Below are positions 10,164 to 19,302 of a DNA stretch of 64,000 bases, piece after piece. The stretch covers positions 82,837 to 146,836 of the forward strand of contig JAYPEY010000002.1 of NCBI GenBank assembly GCA_038126035.1, written 5' to 3'. The DNA is from Verrucomicrobiales bacterium (GTDB taxonomy: Bacteria > Verrucomicrobiota > Verrucomicrobiia > Limisphaerales > JAYPEY01). Each line of letters begins with the position of its first letter. Position 1 is the first letter of the stretch. The translations under genes were made by a program, and so were the position numbers. The notes beneath the pieces are model-generated. The model was not told where the DNA came from, made no database searches, and was given only the letters and a program-made list of their open reading frames with translations.

Positions 10164-11954
10164 ATGGAACTGACCGACATAAGAAATTTCAGCATCATCG
10201 CCCATGTGGATCATGGGAAGACGACGCTTTCCGACCGCCTCCTGGAACGCACCGGCACGATTTCGGAGCGCGAGAAGCAGGATCAGTTGTTGGATTCCAT
10301 GGATCTGGAGCGGGAGCGCGGCATCACGATCAAGGCGCATCCGGTCACCATGTATTACCGGCATACGGACGGAAGGACCTACGAGTTCAACCTGATCGAC
10401 ACGCCCGGACACGTGGATTTCGCCTACGAGGTGTCCCGCAGCCTGAGCGCCTGCGACGGGGCCTTGCTGGTCGTGGACGCCGCTCAGGGCGTGGAGGCCC
10501 AGACCGTCGCCAATGTGCACCTGTGCATGGAGCACAATCTCGAGATCATTCCCGTCATCAACAAGATCGACCTGCCCACGGCCAACATCGAGATGTGCCA
10601 CCAGCAACTGGAGGACATCCTGGCCATTCCCGCCGACACCGCCGTCCATTGCAGCGCCAAGGAGGGCATCGGAATCGACGAACTGCTGGCGGCCATTGTC
10701 GATCGCGTGCCCGGCCCGAAAGCCGAGCCCGGAACGCCGCTTCAGGCGCTTGGGTTCGATTCCTACTACGACACCTACAAGGGCGTCGTGACGCACATCC
10801 GCATCTTCAACGGCGAATTGAAACAGGGGCAGCAGGTCAAGTGGCTGCACTCAAACAAGAACGTCGAGGTCAAGGAGGTCGGCAGCTTCAATCCGCGTCC
10901 CTACAAACGGGACCGGCTCTGCGCCGGCGAGACCGGTTATCTGATCGCGAACATCAAGTCGCCCAAGGACGTGAAAATGGGCGACACCCTGACCGAGGCG
11001 CGCAACCCCTCGCCGGTCCTGGCCGGATTTCAGGAGGTTCATCCGATGGTGTTCAGCGGCATCTATCCGTTGAACAGCGCCGACTATGAACGCCTGAAGC
11101 AGAATCTCGGTAAACTGCAGTTGAATGATTCGGCGTTTGTCTACCAGTCGGAGACCTCGGTCGCCCTGGGCTTCGGGTTTCGCTGCGGCTTCCTCGGCTT
11201 GCTGCATCTCGAGATCGTCCAGGAGCGCCTGCGACGGGAATACGACATGGACATCATCGCCACGTATCCCAGCGTGGTCTACAAGGTAACCAAGACCGAC
11301 GGCGAGACCGTGGAGATCGACAACCCCTTGTTCCTGCCGGACCCCAGTCTGATCGACTACATCGAGGAGCCCATGGTCACGGCCTACGTGATGTGCCCGA
11401 ACGAGAAGATCGGCGACCTCATGGCCCTCATCAGCGAGAAGCGCGGCACGGTGGATCACACCGAGACCATCGATTCGCGCCGTGTGATGCTCACCAGCAG
11501 GATGCCGCTGAATGAGATCCTCATCGACTTCCATGACCGCATCAAGAGCATCACGCGCGGCTACGGCTCCATGGACTACGAGCACGCGGGCTATATGATC
11601 TCCAAGATGGTCAAGCTCGACATGCTCGTGAACAGCGAGTCCGTCGACGCCTTTTCCTGCATCGTGCACGATTCCAAGGCCGAGACACGGGGCAGGGCGC
11701 TGGCATCGAAGCTGAAGGAGGTCATTCCGAAACAACAGTTCAAGATCGCCATCCAGGCGGCTGTCGGAAGCCGGGTGGTCGCCCGTGAAACCCTGGGCGC
11801 GCTGCGCAAGGACGTCACCGCCAAATGCTACGGCGGCGACATCACACGCAAACGGAAGCTCCTCGAGAAGCAGAAGGAAGGCAAGAAGCGCATGAAGTCG
11901 GTCGGCTCCGTGCAGATTCCGCAGGACGCCTTCGTCAAGGTCATGAAAGCCTGA
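10164..11954 (+). CDS. lepA: Translation elongation factor 4 (LepA)
   Basis: RNFSIIAHVDHGKTTLSDRLL, DTPGHVDF, NKIDLP and the LepA-specific C-terminal domain (..QIPQDAFVKVMK). Confidence 0.96.
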   Translation: MELTDIRNFSIIAHVDHGKTTLSDRLLERTGTISEREKQDQLLDSMDLERERGITIKAHPVTMYYRHTDGRTYEFNLIDTPGHVDFAYEVSRSLSACDGALLVVDAAQGVEAQTVANVHLCMEHNLEIIPVINKIDLPTANIEMCHQQLEDILAIPADTAVHCSAKEGIGIDELLAAIVDRVPGPKAEPGTPLQALGFDSYYDTYKGVVTHIRIFNGELKQGQQVKWLHSNKNVEVKEVGSFNPRPYKRDRLCAGETGYLIANIKSPKDVKMGDTLTEARNPSPVLAGFQEVHPMVFSGIYPLNSADYERLKQNLGKLQLNDSAFVYQSETSVALGFGFRCGFLGLLHLEIVQERLRREYDMDIIATYPSVVYKVTKTDGETVEIDNPLFLPDPSLIDYIEEPMVTAYVMCPNEKIGDLMALISEKRGTVDHTETIDSRRVMLTSRMPLNEILIDFHDRIKSITRGYGSMDYEHAGYMISKMVKLDMLVNSESVDAFSCIVHDSKAETRGRALASKLKEVIPKQQFKIAIQAAVGSRVVARETLGALRKDVTAKCYGGDITRKRKLLEKQKEGKKRMKSVGSVQIPQDAFVKVMKA

Positions 11955-11960
11955 GCGCTT

Positions 11961-13163
11961 ATGAAGGGTTATATCAGATGGTTCCTGTCCTCGACCGTTC
12001 GTCACGCCGTCGACATGCGCAAGCAGGTGGAGAAATTTCTGAACCATCAGCGCGATCTGCACTCGGCGGAGTCGATTGACAAGATCCAGGAGGCCGTTGA
12101 CGAACTGAAGGCGGCCTTGGACGATCACGCGGACAGGAAGGTCCTCGAGGAGCGGATGAAGAAGCTCGAGGAGGTCGCCAACAAGAAGCTGATCCCGTAT
12201 CCCAACGCCTCCATCCGCGAGAACATCGATGTGATCCTCGTCGCGGTGGCGGTGGCCCTGGGGATCCGCACCTTTTTCCTGCAGCCCTTCAAGATACCGA
12301 CCGGATCCATGCAGCCGACGCTTTATGGAATCACCTCGGTGAACCTGAAGGACAATCCCGAGGAGGAGATCCCGGGGCGCATCCAACGGTTCATCGACAC
12401 CTGCTTCAACGGCGTCAGCTATTACCATGTCACCGCGCCGGAGGACTGCGTCGTCGAAACGGCAAGCCCCAAGATCCACAGCAACATGATCTTCAACAAG
12501 TGGCAGGAGATCGGGATTGTGATGGCGTCAGGTGAAAGAAAGACGCTGAAGGTCCGGTTTCCGACAGACAATCTCTTCGATTACAAGCGGGGCTTCGTCC
12601 GTCCCGGGCAGCGTTTCGCTGCCGGCGAGGACATCCTGAAACTGAAGGTCGTCAAGGGCGACCACTTGTTCGTCGATCGCTTCACCTACAACTTCAGGCG
12701 TCCGAAACGCGGGGAAATCATCGTTTTTAAAACGGCCGGAATCGAAGGCCTGGATCAGTCGTTGTTCTATATAAAGCGGCTGGTCGGACTTGGCGGAGAG
12801 CGGATGCAGATCGGCTCCGATCAGCACGTGCGGATCAACGGCGAGCGGCTGGACGCCGCAACTCCCAGATTCGAGAATGTCTACACGTTCACGGATGAAT
12901 GGAGTGACTCGGGACACGTGCATTTCGGCCATGTCAACGGAACGGTCAGCCTCGCGTTGCGTCGCCAGAATCTTTCGCCGATCTTCTTCGACGACAACTC
13001 GGAGTTCGCGATCGGCGAGAATCGTTATGTCGTCCTCGGTGACAACACGATGAACTCCTTGGACTCGCGGCAATGGGGAGACTTTCCGCGGGAGAACGTC
13101 ATCGGAAAATCCGCGTTCGTGTATTGGCCGTTCAACAAGCGGTTTGGCTGGAGCCACCGGTGA
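11961..13163 (+). CDS. lepB: Signal peptidase I with an extended N-terminal and inserted region
   Basis: IPTGSMQPTL (catalytic Ser box), GDHLFVDRFTY, GEIIVFK, YIKRLVGLGGE (Lys box), GDNTMNSLDSRQWG. Lies 7 nt after lepA, the classical lepAB arrangement. Confidence 0.88.
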   Translation: MKGYIRWFLSSTVRHAVDMRKQVEKFLNHQRDLHSAESIDKIQEAVDELKAALDDHADRKVLEERMKKLEEVANKKLIPYPNASIRENIDVILVAVAVALGIRTFFLQPFKIPTGSMQPTLYGITSVNLKDNPEEEIPGRIQRFIDTCFNGVSYYHVTAPEDCVVETASPKIHSNMIFNKWQEIGIVMASGERKTLKVRFPTDNLFDYKRGFVRPGQRFAAGEDILKLKVVKGDHLFVDRFTYNFRRPKRGEIIVFKTAGIEGLDQSLFYIKRLVGLGGERMQIGSDQHVRINGERLDAATPRFENVYTFTDEWSDSGHVHFGHVNGTVSLALRRQNLSPIFFDDNSEFAIGENRYVVLGDNTMNSLDSRQWGDFPRENVIGKSAFVYWPFNKRFGWSHR

Positions 13164-13343
13164 CACTTGGTTTGAAACCCTTCGTTTTGGCGCTTGTTCA
13201 TATTCCTCAGATCTGTAACTCAGACGCATTACTGACCTATACCTATTTTACGCACAATGTTTGTTAGTTTTAGTTTTGCTGTGTAAAATTGCGCTGAAAT
13301 GCCTGAAAAAAGGAGTTTCTCTGATTCCCTTCTGTTGAAGCCT

Positions 13344-14786
13344 TCAACCGGCCAGCATATCCGAGTACAGATCCAGATACTCTGAAGCGGTGCGATTCCA
13401 GGAATGATCCGCCAGCATTCCGGCCAGCCTCAACCGCTTCAACAGCTTCGGATTCTCGAAGACGATCAGCGCCCTCCGGATGCACTTCGCCAAGGCTTCG
13501 GCGTTGTAGTTCTGGAACTTCAGCCCGTTGGCGAGTTCCGGATCCTCGTGAAGCTCGATCACCGTATCCTCGAGGCCGCCGACGCCGCGAACGATCGGAA
13601 GCGTCCCATAACGGAGGCTGTACATCTGATTCAAACCGCAGGGTTCGTACTTCGAGGGCATCAGAAAGAAGTCGCAACCCGCCTCGATGCGATGCGCCAA
13701 GGAATGATCGTAACCAATCCGGCAGCCGATGCGCCCGGGATTCTCGTCGGCAAGTTCCCGGAAGGCCTGCTCAAACCCCTTGTCGCCGCTGCCCAACAGG
13801 ACAAACTGAAATTCCATTTCCAGACCCGCCTTCAAGGCGTCCAGCAGGATGTCGATGCCCTTCTGATTCGGATCCAGTCGCGTGACGCTGCCGAACAGCG
13901 GGATCTTGGCGTTCTGAGGCAGCCCGAACTCCTTCTGGAGCGCGCGCTTCTGCAGACCTTTGCCGCGGAGATTGCGGGCATTATAGGCGTTCTTCAAATG
14001 CGGATTGCCCTCGGTCTTCCACTCGTCGTAATCGACGCCGTTCAAAATGCCGCTGAGACGATGCCGCCGGGCCCGGAGCACGTCGTCCAGAGTGGCGCCA
14101 TACAGCGGCGTGGTGATTTCCTTGGCGTAGGTCGGGCTCACGGTGCAGATGCGATCCGCCAGTGTGATGCCGCCCTTGAGGCAGTTCATCTGCCCGAAGT
14201 ATTCCAGTCGTTCAAAATGGAAATAATGGTCCGCCAGCCCGCTTCGCCGGAAGTCCTCGTAAGGAAAGATCCCCTGATAGACCAGATTGTGAATACTGAA
14301 ACAGATCTTCGGCGGTCGTTCCCAGCGACCTTCGCCCGCCTGTTGTTCCACCATCGCCGGAATCAGTCCGGTCTGCCAGTCGTGGATGTGAACCAGGTCT
14401 GACGCCAATCGCCGCGCCAGCTCGACGACGCACTTGGAAAAGAAGATGTAGCGTTCCGCGGTGTCCTCGAAATCCACGCCATCCGAATTGTAGATCCCAT
14501 CGCGATCGAAGTAGCCGGGTTCATCAACGAAATACACGGTCAGGTTCGGCCCGGCCTCCAGTCGCAGGATCTGCCCCGTGCGGGAACTCCACCCCATCGG
14601 GATCTCCAGACTTCCCCAATCCGCAAGTTCGGGATGCTTCTCACGAATCCCCCGATACAACGGCGTGACGATGTCCGTCGCGGTCCCATCGGCGGCCAGG
14701 GCTTTCGACAGGCCGGCGACCATGTCCGCTAGCCCTCCGGTCTTGGAATAGGGAAAGACTTCGCTGGAGGCCTGTAGAACCCTCAT
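13344..14786 (-). CDS. glgA: Glycogen synthase (ADP-glucose type, GT5)
   Basis: MRVLQASSEVFPYSKTGGLADMV (KTGGL motif), HIHDWQTGL, and a C-terminal PSKYEPCGLNQMYSLRYGTLPIVRGVGGLEDTV. Confidence 0.92.
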   Translation of the reverse strand: MRVLQASSEVFPYSKTGGLADMVAGLSKALAADGTATDIVTPLYRGIREKHPELADWGSLEIPMGWSSRTGQILRLEAGPNLTVYFVDEPGYFDRDGIYNSDGVDFEDTAERYIFFSKCVVELARRLASDLVHIHDWQTGLIPAMVEQQAGEGRWERPPKICFSIHNLVYQGIFPYEDFRRSGLADHYFHFERLEYFGQMNCLKGGITLADRICTVSPTYAKEITTPLYGATLDDVLRARRHRLSGILNGVDYDEWKTEGNPHLKNAYNARNLRGKGLQKRALQKEFGLPQNAKIPLFGSVTRLDPNQKGIDILLDALKAGLEMEFQFVLLGSGDKGFEQAFRELADENPGRIGCRIGYDHSLAHRIEAGCDFFLMPSKYEPCGLNQMYSLRYGTLPIVRGVGGLEDTVIELHEDPELANGLKFQNYNAEALAKCIRRALIVFENPKLLKRLRLAGMLADHSWNRTASEYLDLYSDMLAG

Positions 14787-14799
14787 GACTGGAGTCGGT

Positions 14800-16098
14800 C
14801 TATGCGGGGATCTTGTCCGCGTTCATGAAGGGACGCAGTTTTACCGGAATTTCGATCGAGCCGTCACTCTGCTGCCAGGTCTCAACCAACGCGACAAAAA
14901 TCCTGGCGAGCGCCGTGCCGCTGCCGTTCAGCATGTGCGGGTGCGACACGCCCTTCTCCGTGCGTTGACGAAGCCCCATTCGCCGGGCCTGAAAGTCCTC
15001 ACAGTTGGACACGCTGGAAACCTCAAGGTAGGCGCCCTGCCCCGGCGCCCAGACTTCGATGTCGTAGGTCTTCGCCGATGCGAAGCCCATGTCGCCCGTG
15101 CACAGCAACACGACCCGATAATGCAGTCCCAGAGCCTGCAAGACGGCCTCTGCGTTGGCGGTCATGGACTCCAGTTCGTCGTAACTCTGCGCCGGGTCCA
15201 CGATCTTGATCAGCTCCACCTTGTCGAACTGGTGCATTCGGATCAGGCCGCGCGTATTGACGCCGGCCGCTCCGGCTTCCGCCCGAAAACAGGGGCTGTA
15301 GGCGCAATAACGAATCGGGAGGGATTCAGCGTCGAGAATCTCCTCGCGGTGAATGTTCGCAACCGGAGCCTCGGCGGTCGGAATCAGATAAGTCCTGCCC
15401 AGGGTCTCGCCATCCTCGCCTTCCTGCACGGCGTAGGCCTGGTCGCTGAACTTGGGCAACTGCCCCACGCCGACCATGCAGTCACGGCTCACCATGAACG
15501 GCGGCGAAACCTCGGTGTAGCCATGGGCATTGGTATGGAGATCGAGCATGAACTGGATCAATGCCCGCTCCAGGCGCGCGCCCCATCCCGTATACAGGGC
15601 AAAGCCGCTGCCGGACAACTTGGCGGCGCGGGCGAAATCCACCAGTCCGAGGCTCTCGCACAAATCCACGTGCGGCTTCGGCTCAAAATCGAAATTCCGT
15701 TTTTCTCCCCAGGCGCGGACCTCCGGATTGTCCTCGGCATCGCCCCCCTCGGGAACGCTCGCATGCGGCGGGTTCGGCAGACGGATCAGGATGTCGTTGC
15801 GCGCGTCCTCGGTCTGCTTTGCCGCCTTGTCCAGCTCTGCGATGCGCTCGTTCAGCTCGCGCACCTCGGTCTTCCTGGCCTCGGCTTCCTCCTTCTTCCC
15901 CTGCCCCATCAGCGCCCCAATCTCCTTGGACGCCTTCTTCGCCTGAGATTTCAAGGCCTCCGCCTCGGTGATCGCCTTGCGCCGCTTCTCATCCAATTCC
16001 AACGCCTCGACCAGCTTGTCGCCGTCGCCGCCCCCGCGCGAATTCAGACGCGCGCGAACCTCGTCCAAGTTCTCCCGTATGTATTTCAGATCGAACAT
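14800..16098 (-). CDS. serS: Seryl-tRNA synthetase
   Basis: MFDLKYIRENLDEV... N-terminal coiled-coil arm, class II motifs (..FRAEAGAAG..TRGLIRMHQFDKVE.., ..GSGTALARI..). TAG stop. Confidence 0.96.
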   Translation of the reverse strand: MFDLKYIRENLDEVRARLNSRGGGDGDKLVEALELDEKRRKAITEAEALKSQAKKASKEIGALMGQGKKEEAEARKTEVRELNERIAELDKAAKQTEDARNDILIRLPNPPHASVPEGGDAEDNPEVRAWGEKRNFDFEPKPHVDLCESLGLVDFARAAKLSGSGFALYTGWGARLERALIQFMLDLHTNAHGYTEVSPPFMVSRDCMVGVGQLPKFSDQAYAVQEGEDGETLGRTYLIPTAEAPVANIHREEILDAESLPIRYCAYSPCFRAEAGAAGVNTRGLIRMHQFDKVELIKIVDPAQSYDELESMTANAEAVLQALGLHYRVVLLCTGDMGFASAKTYDIEVWAPGQGAYLEVSSVSNCEDFQARRMGLRQRTEKGVSHPHMLNGSGTALARIFVALVETWQQSDGSIEIPVKLRPFMNADKIPA

Positions 16099-16177
16099 CC
16101 GCCGATCATAGGAACGCGCCCGACCGAGGGCAAGACCGGGACGTCAGGTCGCCAGGTGATTGCAACCGGGATGAAAA

Positions 16178-16194
16178 GGGGGCCTTCTGCCCCC
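16178..16194 (-). terminator. Intrinsic-terminator-like hairpin (GGGGGC-AGAAG-GCCCCC followed by TTTT on the minus strand) in the serS 5' leader; possible attenuator
   Basis: 6-bp GC stem and 5-nt loop, with the T-run at 16174-16177 (minus strand). No minus-strand gene ends upstream of it. An alternative CCCCC/GGGGG pairing with 16205-16209 is possible. Confidence 0.35.
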
Positions 16195-16334
16195 ATGTCG
16201 CGATGGGGGTTGCGGGAACAAAACCCCAGACTCCAGGCGCCAGATCCCGGTTTCATTCACCCCGACGTCGGAATACCCCTGCAATCGCTCTCGCCAAGAC
16301 GACCGCGCGCGGTTAAAACACCCGCCACGTTGAC

Positions 16335-17654
16335 GTGAATATCCTGACCCTCACCAATCTCTATCCGCCGCATCATGCGGGCACCTACGACTATCGTTGC
16401 CAGATCGCCTGTGACGAGCTCCGAGCCCGCGGCCATCGCGTGCGCGCGCTCACCTCGAATCACGGCCTGACCGGCCAGCAGAAAAGCGGCGACACGGTCC
16501 GGCAACTGCTGCTCAACGGGCAGTTCGGCGTCGAGCAGCGGAGCGGGTTCCTCGAACTCAAGGAACTCGAAGAGGCCAACAACGCCGCCCTGCGCGAAGC
16601 CATCGACGAGTTCTCCCCGGATGTGGTTCTGGTCTGGAGCCTCATGGGGCTCTCGAAATCCATGATCTTCACGCTGGAGCAATCAGGCATACCCACCGTC
16701 TACGACGTCGCTGACGACTGGCTGGTCTCGGAGCTCAAGAAGGATCCCTGGCTGGATTTCTGGAATGCCGAGAAGCTTTCCTTCAAGGAGGCGGCGGTGC
16801 GGAAGAGTCTGGAGATGTCCGGCCAGCGCGACGCCTGGGACAGAAAGGCTCCGACGCGGTTCGACCGGAGCATCAAGCGCATGCCCTACCTCTACTCCGG
16901 CGGACGCGAGGCGCAGGAGGTCGAGCCCGGCTCCATCCACACCTTCGCCTTCAAGCGGATCTACTTCTGTTCGCTCTCGATGAAGGACCAGGCATGGCAC
17001 GCGGGATTCAATATCAATCATGCCGACGTCATCCAACCGCTGATCCGGACGGATCTCTTCCGGGGCGAGGTGAAACCGGAATCCGTGCCGGCAAACAGGA
17101 TGCTGCTCTTTCGGACGTTGGTGGAAGGCTGCGGCGCCATGACCGCCCTGAAGGCGCTTGCCAAGATCCGCGAGTCCAACCCCGATGCCTCCCTGGACAT
17201 GTTTGGAGACGGAGATTCCCAATACATCGCCCGGTTGAGATCATTCGCCGTGCAAAACGGCATCCCGCTGGAGATACACCCGATCTCCGACCCTCTGCGG
17301 GAACTCCCCAACATTCTCCTCCGCTACGACATCTTCCTCCACCCCACCGAAGGCGACGAATCGCTCTGCACCACGCCGCTCGAGGCCATGGCCTGCGGCC
17401 TGCCGGTGATCGGCACGCTGCGCGGCGGCATCGGCTCCTTCCTCTTCAACGAGGACAATGCCCTCACCTTTCTCGCCGGCGATGAAATCGACCTGGCGGA
17501 GAAGATCCAGACCCTGCAGGCCTATCCCGACTACCGTGTCAGAATTGCTTCCTGCGGCCACGAGCGCGTGCACAGCGCCCACGGCGTCGATGTGGTCATG
17601 AACTGGATCGAATCCTACCTGCAGGACACCATCACCTATTGGCCCCAGCTGTGA
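16335..17654 (+). CDS. Glycosyltransferase family 4 (GT-B fold)
   Basis: GTG start; MNILTLTNLYPPHHAGTYDY...; C-terminal E-x7-E region PTEGDESLCTTPLEAMACGLPVIGT. Confidence 0.8.
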   Translation: MNILTLTNLYPPHHAGTYDYRCQIACDELRARGHRVRALTSNHGLTGQQKSGDTVRQLLLNGQFGVEQRSGFLELKELEEANNAALREAIDEFSPDVVLVWSLMGLSKSMIFTLEQSGIPTVYDVADDWLVSELKKDPWLDFWNAEKLSFKEAAVRKSLEMSGQRDAWDRKAPTRFDRSIKRMPYLYSGGREAQEVEPGSIHTFAFKRIYFCSLSMKDQAWHAGFNINHADVIQPLIRTDLFRGEVKPESVPANRMLLFRTLVEGCGAMTALKALAKIRESNPDASLDMFGDGDSQYIARLRSFAVQNGIPLEIHPISDPLRELPNILLRYDIFLHPTEGDESLCTTPLEAMACGLPVIGTLRGGIGSFLFNEDNALTFLAGDEIDLAEKIQTLQAYPDYRVRIASCGHERVHSAHGVDVVMNWIESYLQDTITYWPQL

Positions 17655-17655
17655 A

Positions 17656-19302
17656 ATGGGCTCATCGCTCGCTTTCAGGAAGCGCTTGAAATCCGCGGGC
17701 GACCATCCGCCCGATCGGAGCGCCGGGCATTGCCCGGCCACAAAGGCGACCCGGAACGAGCGCGCAAAAGGGGTCTGCGCGACGATCGCCTCGACCCTGG
17801 TCCTCCTGATGTCCCTCGCATGCTGCCATGCGGCTCCCCCTTCCTCTCATCCTCCCAATGTCCTCTTCATTGCCGTCGACGACCTGAACGACTGGGTCGG
17901 TTTCATGGGCGGTTATCCGGGGAGGGTTCATACGCCGAACATCGACAAGCTTGCCGGACGCGGCGTCGCGTTCACGAACGCCCATTGCGCCTCGCCGGTC
18001 TGCTGTTCGAGCCGAACGGCGGTCTTGACCGGCCTCATGCCGCAGAGCTCCGGCGTCTACAACAATGGGCACTGGTGGCGGCCTCACCGACCGGGGCTTG
18101 TCACGATTCCGATGCGCTTCAAGGCCCACGGCTACCATGTCGTCGGCGCCGGGAAGATCTTTCATCACACGGCCGGCAGCAACCCGCCGGATCAATGGGA
18201 TGAATTCCAGCGCCTCGCCTTCAATGACGACCCCTGGTTCCGCGGCCACGAACTGAACTACCCCTGGTCAAAGGTGGAGCCGTTCCCGGAAGGCTTTCCT
18301 TTCAGCAAGGTTCCGCAGCTTCCGCACGAAAACGATTGGGGCGCCCTGCCGAACAGGGATGAGTCTGATTACGACGACGCGCGCACGGTCGATTTCGCCA
18401 TCCGGCAGCTCGCCCGAAGGCGCGACAAGCCCTTCTTCCTCGCCTGCGGTCTCTTCCGTCCCCACTTGCCCTGGTACGCGCCGAAGAAGTATTTCGATCG
18501 CCACCCCCTTCACAGCATCCAGCTTCCGGTCAACAGGCCCTTCGATCTGAACGACGTGCCCAAGGAGGCCCAAAACCTGGCCAAGGCCCGACGCTCCGAT
18601 CTTGAGAAGATCAGGCAGGCCGATCGCTATCGACACGCCGTCCAGGCCTACCTCGCCAGCATTTCCTTTGCCGACGCGCAGGTGGGGAGATTGTTGAAGG
18701 CGCTGGACGATTCGCCCCACGCCGCCAATACCATCATCGTCTTCTGGTCCGACCACGGTTGGCATCACGGACAGAAAGAACACTGGCACAAGTCCACGCT
18801 GTGGGAGGAGGCGACGCGCGTGCCCTTCATTGTCGTGGCGCCCGGAGCCGCCGGCAATGGATCGACCTGCGCGCAACCCGTCAGCCTCGTGGATATCTAC
18901 CCCACCCTGATCGACCTCTGCGGATTGCCCCCCGTCCCCGATCTCGACGGCCTCTCGCTGGCGCCCCAATTGGACGATCCGACAAGACCCCGGCCGCGCC
19001 CGGCGATCACTGTCTTCAAGCCCGGACAAGCCAGTGTCCGGTCCCTTCATCATCGCTACACCCGATACTCCGACGGTGCCGAGGAACTCTACGACCACCG
19101 CAGCGACCCGAACGAATGGAACAACCGCGCCGGCCGCCGTGAGGACCGCGCCATCATTGAAGACCTTTCCCGCTGGCTCCCCAAGAACTGGGCCGAACCG
19201 GCGCCAAAGAAAGGCGCCTACGAGTTCGATCCCGGCGCGTATTCCTGGATGCGCAAGTCGGACGGCGCGCGTTTCCGGGATGCAACGCCGCGCAAACCAT
19301 GA
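17656..19302 (+). CDS. Sulfatase (S1 family, iduronate-2-sulfatase-like) with a non-canonical C-C-S-S-R active-site box
   Basis: PNVLFIAVDDLNDW, FTNAHCASPVCCSSRTAVLTG, GKIFH, WSDHGWHHGQKEHWHK. Signal-like h-region VCATIASTLVLLMSLACCHA. The start is 1 nt after the GT stop. The N-terminal extension contains a REP half-site, so the start is uncertain. Confidence 0.85.
   Translation: MGSSLAFRKRLKSAGDHPPDRSAGHCPATKATRNERAKGVCATIASTLVLLMSLACCHAAPPSSHPPNVLFIAVDDLNDWVGFMGGYPGRVHTPNIDKLAGRGVAFTNAHCASPVCCSSRTAVLTGLMPQSSGVYNNGHWWRPHRPGLVTIPMRFKAHGYHVVGAGKIFHHTAGSNPPDQWDEFQRLAFNDDPWFRGHELNYPWSKVEPFPEGFPFSKVPQLPHENDWGALPNRDESDYDDARTVDFAIRQLARRRDKPFFLACGLFRPHLPWYAPKKYFDRHPLHSIQLPVNRPFDLNDVPKEAQNLAKARRSDLEKIRQADRYRHAVQAYLASISFADAQVGRLLKALDDSPHAANTIIVFWSDHGWHHGQKEHWHKSTLWEEATRVPFIVVAPGAAGNGSTCAQPVSLVDIYPTLIDLCGLPPVPDLDGLSLAPQLDDPTRPRPRPAITVFKPGQASVRSLHHRYTRYSDGAEELYDHRSDPNEWNNRAGRREDRAIIEDLSRWLPKNWAEPAPKKGAYEFDPGAYSWMRKSDGARFRDATPRKP
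17717..17738. repeat. Single REP-A unit (GGAGCGCCGGGCATTGCCCGGC)
   Basis: Same core as the paired units at 21568, 24481 and 28560, read directly. Confidence 0.6.

Noticed and set aside
16143-16256. A 37-codon leader peptide ORF (ATG at 16256, minus strand) as the sensor for the serS attenuator.
   Set aside because: It has only 4 scattered Ser codons with no tandem regulatory codons. The ORF reads through the terminator instead of ending before it, so it does not fit classical leader-peptide attenuation.
16195-16334. T-box riboswitch upstream of serS; the minus-strand GGCGGGUGUUUUAACCGCGCG loosely resembles the T-box GGGUGGNACCGCG.
   Set aside because: The resemblance needs a 3-4 nt insertion. 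The segment lies about 120 nt upstream of the terminator rather than overlapping its 5' arm. No specifier-loop or stem-I features are visible, and T-boxes are not typical of this lineage.
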